Shown in pieces: positions 55,604 to 64,000 of a stretch of DNA of 64,000 nt; the first letter of the stretch is position 1; each line of letters starts with the position of its first letter. The stretch is from Octopus vulgaris (lineage: Eukaryota), in the NCBI GenBank assembly GCA_951406725.2, contig OX597836.1, positions 25,730,001 to 25,794,000 of the forward strand, given 5' to 3'. Both the position numbers and the translations under genes were made by a program. The notes under the pieces were generated by a model, which saw only the letters and a program-made list of their open reading frames with translations, made no database searches and was not told the origin of the DNA.

Positions 55604-55637
<34 letters not shown>

Positions 55638-55663
55638 GTGTATGTATCTATGTATGTATTTAT

Positions 55664-55748
<85 letters not shown>

Positions 55749-55754
55749 TATGTC

Positions 55755-55816
<62 letters not shown>

Positions 55817-56314
55817 TTTTTACCACGTACTTATTGCAAAATTTAATAATAATATACATACATATGTGTGTATGTGTATTATATACATACACGTATATAT
55901 TTCTGTGTATACGCACATAATACTCTACACTAAATTTGTCCGTTCATGGTAGGTTGCATAATTTTTTCTGCTGGTTGGCGATCGAAATGGAACGTGAGAA
56001 AACAAATATTGAGAAACACGGATCTGGTTGTACAAACCCAAAAGTGGTGAATCTAAATTGACATAAGAGTGCATGAATTTGCATTTTAAATTAATTAATT
56101 AATTAATTAATTTTTTAATAGAAATACGACACAGCGGTATGTAAAAAGAAAAAAAAATGTGATTGTTTACGAGTTATCGTATCTTAATAAGAGAAAAACT
56201 AGATTTTTAACACTCGAAGTACCAAGCGGTCATTTATGATCGGTTTTGCTTTTTACATTTTCATTTCTACAACTGTATTGAATGTATGATCATGAGCATC
56301 ATTTTATATATATA

Positions 56315-56664
56315 CTAGCAGTATCGCCCGGCGTTGCTCGGGTTTGTAAGGGAAATAACTATATAAGCATTTTTAGAGAATTATAGCCAAAAAATAGCAA
56401 AAAAATGCATTAAAAATGGAAAGAAAATTATGGTAATTTTTTTTTTAAATCGTTGACTCATCGTAGACATTTTTAGAGAGTTACTTCCCTTATATAATAG
56501 CGAAAAAATGCATCGTAGACGCGCTCTAATACCCAGAAGGGCTCGATATGAATCACGACTATAAGATACTCGGTTTTGGTTAAACTGCACCGCAAAATGT
56601 GGGAATAGTTAGGAATCTAAATCGAAGGGGACAGACACTCACACAACTACAGTTTTATATATAA

Positions 56665-56667
<3 letters not shown>
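56315..56667 (-). mobile_element. Non-autonomous Helitron
   Basis: Minus strand A|TCTTTATATATAAAAC ... CCCGAGCAACGCCGGG hairpin ... CTAG|T. Shows 5'-TC, 3'-CTAG and insertion between A and T without a TSD. Confidence 0.85.
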
Positions 56668-56724
<57 letters not shown>

Positions 56725-57668
56725 ATATATATATACTTTTTGTACGTATTTTTTTATAAATGCTGAAAGACTGTATTTCCAAAGCCTTGATTCACTGTAT
56801 TAGCTTATATTTAAAATAAATTGTATTAAATAAAGATTTTCCATGCCAGTCAAAAATGACTTCTGTTGTCCTTGTAGGAAGTAAGAAATGTCGGTGCTTC
56901 TAAATGTTAAGTATGTGGGTGGATTACCAGGAAAGACAGTGCGGTCTCTTGAGGTAAAAAGTCTTATTATAAGGCAAACATTACATTGGTCGACGCCTTC
57001 TTTCAATTTTTCTTTCCTTTTATTATCTTACTCTCTCTCTCTCTCTCTCCCTTTTTCTAACACTTTCTCTCTTCTACCAGTTTTAGTCTCTCCTTCCATT
57101 GTTCTCCTCTCCACCTTCTTTGTTCTAACAAAGATCAGATTTTTGCCCTGAACCAGTAAATTAACTTTGTGGAATTAATTCTTAATTATTTTTCCATTTC
57201 CCTCACTTTCTTCGAGTCTCAAATCTTTAATTACCAATTATCTCTCCTTTTCCATAAGAGTTTCAAATAATTACCGATAACTTTGTAAGTTTGATTTTTT
57301 TCCCCCTTTCAGAAAACGACAGATTCAAATCAATTAAGAAACGTTATATGTCATTCGGTTAATAGGTCATTAGATTTTTTTAGCTTATCTCTGAGATTTG
57401 TTTTACTATTCTCACTAACTAGCTAACTACCCAGCAAGCAATCCAGCTAGCAACTGTCTTATTTACCTAGTTATCTACCGAGCTAGCAAGCCAGTACGGA
57501 AATGTCTTAACCTCCTAGCTTCCTACCAACAGACAACCCAGCTAGTAACTGTCTTATATATCTTGATACGCACAAGAAAACTCCGAACGTTGTTTTTTCT
57601 TGTCCTTTTTTGTATCATCTAATTGTCTGGATATGTTGTTGTTGCCTGTTGCGTTCCTGTCCCATTTT

Positions 57669-57732
<64 letters not shown>

Positions 57733-57735
<3 letters not shown>

Positions 57736-57988
57736 TAGGATCGCGGTTTCGATTCCCAGACCGGGCGTTGTGAGTGTTTATTGAGCGAAAACACCTAAAA
57801 GCTCCACGAGGCTCCGGCAGGGGGTGGTGATCCCTGCTGTACTCTTTCACCACTCTTTCTCTCACTCTTTCTTCTGTTGGCCTGCTCGCTTAGCCAGCGG
57901 GGTGGCGTCATTCGAAGGCTAAAACAATGCGAACGCATTGTGACCAGCGATGTGTAACTACATCTGATGGACTGGTCGGTCACATGAT

Positions 57989-57995
<7 letters not shown>
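57733..57995 (+). mobile_element. tRNA-derived SINE (head B + tail 3), A box missing
   Basis: Head matches 19927-20050. The tail GCCTGCTCGCTTAGCCAGCGGGG...TTGTGACCAGCGATGTG also occurs inverted at 10730-10818. Confidence 0.82.
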
Positions 57996-58034
<39 letters not shown>

Positions 58035-58249
58035 AGTGAAAAAACTACAGAAGGCTTGTGTTATAAGATTAAAGAATATCTTTAAGTCGTTATCTTAGAA
58101 AAATGTTAGAAAATTTTGTGTATAGTAACATAGTTTTTGGAGAAATAACTGGTTTCGTATATTCTTTTCAAAATTTCTCAAATTTCTTTACCTACATCGT
58201 GTCATGTCTTCGCTATGAAGTGAAGAGTTCCTGGCAGGGGAAGGTAACC

Positions 58250-58300
<51 letters not shown>

Positions 58301-58311
<11 letters not shown>

Positions 58312-58480
58312 AAATTAGAGACAAAACCACTATTATGCAAATCAATCAAAGAAAGACTTAAGCCAATACATAAAATATAAAATAATTTATATAAATTATT
58401 TTATATTTTATGTATTGGCTTAAGTCTTTCTTTGATTGATTTGCATAATAGTGGTTTTGTCTCTAATTTATTATAATATA
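58301..58480. repeat. Perfect 180-bp palindrome with no spacer
   Basis: 58301-58390 is the exact reverse complement of 58391-58480. Confidence 0.95.
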
Positions 58481-58554
58481 ATATTTTATTATAAAATTGG
58501 ATTCAATCTTAAATCTGATTTTTCCTTGTAAATTTGGATTTATTCCCTAATATT

Positions 58555-58604
<50 letters not shown>

Positions 58605-59244
58605 GTACTTATGTATAAATGTATGTGTGCCAGTATGTATCTATATCCGATTGATGTTAGAGAATTAGACGAAAACAATACCCTAACAAAGTTTAACTTC
58701 TGTCGGATGATCCACCGATATTGGGAATCATCCCTACGCGATATCCAGTCGATTCATAGTAGGGCATAAACTGGATATAATAAACCGACGAGTCCTTAAA
58801 AAGGTTAACGGCAGCAGACTCGTGATTGGTTGAATGCCAGACGCTAGACAGAAGCTAGAGGAAAACTTATGATTAGTTGGATATCTATTTGCGTCATATT
58901 ACACTCGGGCTTAAGCCATAAATCACCAGAAAAACAATAATAGTGGGTAACGCTGCCATTTTAAATCTTTTAGCGATAGGAAGTTACCACTAGCAACTTC
59001 CGCCTGTAGTAAAGAAAGATGACAGTGTATTAGCCGTAGTAAGTGAAAGTTAAGAAAAAAGGTTAGGTACGACCAAACAAAGCAGCAAATTAAGATGACA
59101 CAGAAGAGAGATGACGGTGAGAATAGCTACGATTTTGAGAATCCAACAAAAATCGAATAATAAGCATTACAGAAATGGAATTTTATGTAGATTATTTTGC
59201 GTTAATTGTTCCTTTCAACCTTAAAGTAGAAAAATCCTGTCATT

Positions 59245-60278
59245 GTTACCTCCTATCAACTGCTTGGCCAGGCTGGAGCGCTTGGCACCTAGAATGTCGT
59301 CAGAAGCTCACAGAACTCTACAAGTCAGGCAATAGGATCGGTTGAAGTTCCACTTTAGCAATATTTAGAGAATTAGTGGCGGAAAAGTGTGACGACCTTC
59401 TCGGGAGACTTTGGTCATCGACGAAAGTGTAATGGCTAATCTGTTTCGAAGGTCTTTCCGGTCAGGGATCACCATGGATAATTTCCAGATGCCCTTGGTC
59501 TGACAGTGCTACCGAGGGGCGATTCCAGTTCGAGATAAACTCTACAGGCACGGATGAGCTGTCAGATGGGTTTGTCCGAGGTGTGCACAGAGCGATGAAA
59601 TCGATCTGCATGTGCACTGCTGACCTGTGAAGTTATGTCGAAAGCTGCTGTCACGTGTGGGACGGATCCATCTGTTGGCCGTTCCATAGTGAGGATTGCC
59701 CCATCGATTTTTTTTATCGGGCAGGTAAGGTAGATTTCCTTTGCCTGGTGGCGAAAGAGGTTATCCGGTGGACGAGGCTGAAAGCAACGAAGACAGCGAC
59801 ATTCGTCTTTGGTAAAGCTCTCATTGACTTTTTCAAGTTTCACTTGAGAAAAAGAAAATGAGGGTGGAGAGTGAGGTGCTGTCATCGAGTGAATTTATGA
59901 AAAGGTGGGTGAAAGTTTCGAAAATGGGATGAGTGAATGGTACCGCTCTAAGTGTAGACCTGTGATTCGGAGGAAAGGAGTTAGAAAGGGCACTTGTGCA
60001 ACGTATTCAGGGTGATCTTGGATGGTGGGGTTCCTCGATTATCCTCAGAGATCCTCTTGTACCAGGAGAAACCCATCACTATCACTTTCTTTCTCTTTCT
60101 TCTTCTTTTTTAGTGCCGTATACTATGTCTGCGTCCCTTCCTTTAATGTATATCGTGTACACTTTTCCTTTAACCATTTTCTTTTATCATTCAATTATTT
60201 AGAAACCCCAACACTTTATGTCTGTCTTTCTATTGTCCTCCTCATCCTTCGCCACGATGGCAAACAAAAAGAAGTGCT
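59245..60278 (+). mobile_element. L1/Tx1-like LINE, 5'-truncated and decayed
   Basis: QCYRGAIPVRDKLYRHG...CPRCAQSDE..LH..C (C-terminal zinc knuckle typical of L1/Tx1 ORF2) and FLCLVAKEVIRWTRLK, followed by a pyrimidine-rich 3' UTR. Confidence 0.75.
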
Positions 60279-60287
60279 TATTATTAT

Positions 60288-60499
60288 TACTCTTTTACTC
60301 TTTTACTTGTTTCAGTCATTTAACTGCGGCCATGCTGGAGCACCGCCTTTAATCGAGCAACTCGACCCCGGGACTTATTCTTTTGTAAGCCCAGTACTTA
60401 TTCTATCGGTCTCTTTTGCCGAACCGCTAAGTAACGGGGACATAAACACACCAGCATCGGTTGTCAAGCAATGCTAGGGGGACAAACACAGGCACACAA

Positions 60500-60530
<31 letters not shown>

Positions 60531-60701
60531 CATATATACGACGGGCTTCTTTCAGTTTCCGTCTATCAAATCCACTCACAAGGCTTTGGTCGACCCGAGG
60601 CTATAGTAGAAGACATTTACCCAAGGTGCCACGCAGTGGGACTGAACCCGGAACCATGTGGTTGGTAAACAAGCTACTTACCACACAGCCACTCCTGCGC
60701 C
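60288..60701 (-). mobile_element. Full-length tRNA-derived SINE with internal microsatellite (resembles octopus OR-type SINEs from memory)
   Basis: Minus strand GGCGCAGGAGTGGCTGTGTGGTAAG (A box), GGGTTCAGTCCC (B box), tail (GTAAAAGA)n. Many partial copies occur in the window. Confidence 0.9.
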
Positions 60702-60744
60702 TATATTAGTATAAAAAGGTATTATAAAAGGACAAAGGGGCTCT

Positions 60745-60975
60745 CTACCCACCTTTTGACCAGGCTCCCGTGGCTTTTATGGATTTTTCCACGAGTAACC
60801 TTTCGAAGCGCCTCACCCTATTGGGAATTTCAACTGTTATATTTTCGTTGTTATCTCTGGAATTTTTACACGTTTTTTTTGCAAACGGACAAAACCCTTT
60901 GTAACTTTCGTCCTGTGGTTTGTCCCTTTATGTTTTGATTAATTTTTGTCAGCCCTTGTGGCCAATAAACGAATT
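60745..60975 (+). mobile_element. LINE-like 3' UTR fragment
   Basis: TTGACCAGG.TCCCGTGG...CCACGAGTAACCT hairpin as in 14386-14443. Ends CAGCCCTTGTGGCCAATAAACG. Confidence 0.6.
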
Positions 60976-60986
60976 AATTATTATTA

Positions 60987-61061
<75 letters not shown>

Positions 61062-61076
61062 ATTATTATTATTATT

Positions 61077-63896
61077 GTCATTTACTTTTAATCTGCATGT
61101 TTGATGCAATCACCTGCCGGGGCACACCCAGCGCCCTAGGGCAACTGAAGGTTAAGAGTTGTTGAAATATAGCTGAAAGCTTGGGGAGGGGAAGTAGAGA
61201 AATATCTCCATGTAATACAAACACAAACATTTACATTGATAGGGTTTTTCTAAGGATGTGGGCAGTACTTGTTAGCACAATCTTTTGGATTTCCTTGAGA
61301 CATGGTTTTCCAGGGATATTGTCTAGGTGTTTCTGACATCCCTTTTTTATCATACCTAGGGCACCTACAATAACAGGAACAGTTTTTGTTTTAAGATTCC
61401 ACATCCTCTGTATTTCGATTTCCAGGTCCTTATATTTACTAAGTTTGTCAAATTCCTTGACAGATACATTTTTATCAGTGGGGACGCTTACTTCTATTAG
61501 TCTGCAGGTATTTTCTTCCCTGTCTTTAACAATTATGTCTGGTCGATTAGCCTTGATCGTTCTGTCAGTGTTGACTGGAAAATCCCAGAGGATGGTGACA
61601 TCTTTACCTTCAACAACTGGCTGAGGATGGTGTTCATACCAGTTAGCAGGAGTGTCGGATTTGTAGTGTTTACATATCTTCCAATGTATATACTGTCCTA
61701 CCCTATCGTGGCGATTTTTGTATTCGTTTGGTGTCAGCACAGGACATCCCGAAACGAGATGGTCTATTGTTTCGTCAAATGTGTCACAGAATCTGCATTT
61801 AGGGTCAGTACCGTTTCGGAGAACGTTAGCCTGGTAATTTCTGGTAAACAAGCTTTGATCTTGTGCTGCCATTATGAAGCCTTCAGTCTCTGCTTTCAAT
61901 CCAGAACTCTTCAGCCACTGATGGGTTGTTGCTTGGTCTACATCAGCATTTTGGCTTCGGAGAATGTATTGTCCATGCAGGGGCTTCTGGCTCCACCGCC
62001 TCTCAATTTGATTCTGCCCATTCTTTTTTGCAGTCTGCCTGATTCGCTTTGCTTGCTTGGTAGCAGTGGTTTCTGGCTCTTCACCTGATTCAAGGTTAAT
62101 GCCTAGTTCCCTTTCGAACTTATAAGCTTCCTTGACAATAGAATGCAGCTTTTTGCTGCTTTCGTGTTCACACACAAGTCGCAGCATCCAGTCGTTTGTA
62201 CTAGATAGGTACCTGTTCATTCCTACAGTAGAGGTCTTATAGCACAGCTCCAATTGCATCATTCCTCTCCCCCGCTGCTTCTAGGTAGGTACAAGCGGTC
62301 TACATCTGCCTTAGGGTGGTGCATGCTCCTGGATGTCAGTAACTTTCTTGTCTTCCTGTCCAAGCGTTGGAGTTCCGTAAGGTTCCAGTTAATGATGTTA
62401 AAACTGTACTGGACTACTGGAAGTGCCAGGGTGTTAATGGCCTCAATGCAATTTTTGGAGTTGAGTTCAGTCTTCAGTACAAGCCTTATTCTCCTATAGT
62501 ACTCCTTTCTTATTTTTTCCTTCATAGTAGCATGATGTATACCATCTCCTTCGTTGATTCCTAGGTATTTGTAGCTTTCTTGTGGGTCAAGTTCCTTGAT
62601 GGTAGTGTCAATATCTAATTTAACAGAAGCTGTTTGCCTGAGCTTGCCTCTTACAAAAGTTGCTTTAGCACACTTATCAAGGCCAAAATCCATTCCGATA
62701 TCATTGCTAAACTCTTTAACAGTTGTTAGCAGCCCTTCTAGCTCTTGGTCATTCTTGGCAAACAGCTTTAGATCGTCCATATAAAAAAGGTGGTTTATTA
62801 ACTTGCTAAAAACTTTGTACCCATATCTGGCACTATCCAATTCGTTTGAGAGTGGGATCAGTGCCATGCAAAAAAGTAATGGAGAGAGGGAGTCACCTTG
62901 AAAGATGCCTCGTTTGATGTTGATGCTGTTGGACTGGCTCATCCCATTACTATGGCTTAGAAAGAGACGTGTGTTCCACATGGTCATGCTATTCTCTAAG
63001 AATTTTGAGACGACAGGGGAGATCTTGTATATCTCAAGGGCCTTGAGTATCCATTTATGTGGGACACTGTCATACGCTTTCCTGTAGTCTATCCATGCCA
63101 TACTCAGGTTTTTGTTTTTGCTCCGGCAATTCTCTACAATCATTCTGTTTATGAGCAATTGGTCTTTGCACCCATAAGAGTTTCTTTTACAACCTTTTTG
63201 AGCTTGTGGAAGGATAGAATTTTGTTCAAGGAAAGCGTACATTCTCTCCGTTATTATGGATGTGAGGATTTTGTAGGTGGTGTTGAGACATGTTATTGGC
63301 CGGTAATTCTTTGGGTTTTTTGTGTCTTCGGTTTTAGGTAATAGGTAGGTGGTTCCTTCAGTCAGCCAAGCAGGTATTTGCTCTGGGTTCTGAATGACAT
63401 CAGACAGAGATGCAGCGAGATGTTCGTGTACCTCTGTCAAACAATTCAGCCAGAAGTTAGGGATCCGATCCAGTCCTGGGGTTTTCCATTTTTGAGCCTT
63501 CCTAAGGACACACCTTAGCTCCTCTATTCCTATTGCTTCCCATTTCTGTTCTTCAAGTTCATCCAGTCTCTCTTTCTCACGTTCTATCCAGTCAGCCTCA
63601 GCATTAAACTCTTTTTCGTTGCTCCATACCTTCTTCCAGAACTCCTCCACTTCCTCAATCTTAGGTGGATCTTCTATGTGTATTTTATTTTTGCCAATTT
63701 CCCTATAAAATTTCTTTGCATCTGTCTTAAAAAATTTATTTTGTCGATAAAATTTGTTTCTTTTGTCATACCTTCTAAGCCGTTGAGCTTTCAACTGTAT
63801 CCGTTGTTTCAACAGTTCCTTAGTTGCAGGGAGGTTTATGAGATCTTTGATTTTATATTTTTGCTTGATTTTTCTAGCTTTTCTCGGCTTCTCCTC

Positions 63897-63897
<1 letters not shown>
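61077..63897 (-). mobile_element. R4/Dong-clade non-LTR retrotransposon, 5'-truncated, inserted in (TAA)n
   Basis: (TAA)n on both sides, a single RT-RLE ORF and a ~155-bp 3' UTR. Confidence 0.95.
61231..63897 (-). pseudogene. Reverse transcriptase + CCHC knuckle + restriction-like endonuclease, one frameshift at ~62270
   Basis: NYRPITC, QKGC, IDYRKAYDSV, GIFQGDSLSPLLF, HLFYMDDLKL, YKYLG, GG-RG, CRFC..ETIDHLVSGC, RHD, RPD..IEVSVP..K..KY. The Ile/Met-rich N-terminus of the called ORF is translated microsatellite. Confidence 0.93.
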
Positions 63898-63980
<83 letters not shown>

Positions 63981-64000
63981 CATCATCATCATCATTATTA

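Noticed and set aside
56207-56250. TTAA followed by a piggyBac-like terminus
   Set aside because: No matching opposite TIR was found in the window.
63898-63995. Hydrophobic N-terminus or signal peptide on the RT ORF
   Set aside because: Translation of flanking (ATA/ATG)n microsatellite at the 5' truncation point.

Overview
Eukaryotic, extremely microsatellite-rich DNA with (AT)n, (CA)n, (TATG)n, (GATA)n, (TAA)n and (CAC)n tracts. The repeat content looks like an octopod cephalopod genome; this is inferred from recalled SINE sequences, not from a search. Almost all listed ORFs are microsatellite artefacts. The protein-coding signal comes mostly from transposon remnants: an IR-DR Tc1 element, two mariner remnants, a hAT/Buster remnant, a Penelope GIY-YIG remnant, L1/Tx1-like LINE 3' ends, and several R4/Dong-type RT-RLE retrotransposons that all sit in (TAA)n, one nearly intact over ~2.7 kb. 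Also present are many tRNA-derived SINEs, MITEs, a non-autonomous Helitron, a 5'-truncated U2 snRNA pseudogene, three minimal hammerhead ribozyme motifs (one with an intact core), and one plausible host-gene coding exon (poly-Ala, minus strand, 33091-33229). I cannot demonstrate a new biological system from sequence alone. The strongest leads are: a SINE subfamily with a swapped LINE-like tail that repeatedly joins its own family at the same site between the A and B boxes; retroelements that each occupy a different microsatellite type; the intact hammerhead; and a perfect 180-bp palindrome.
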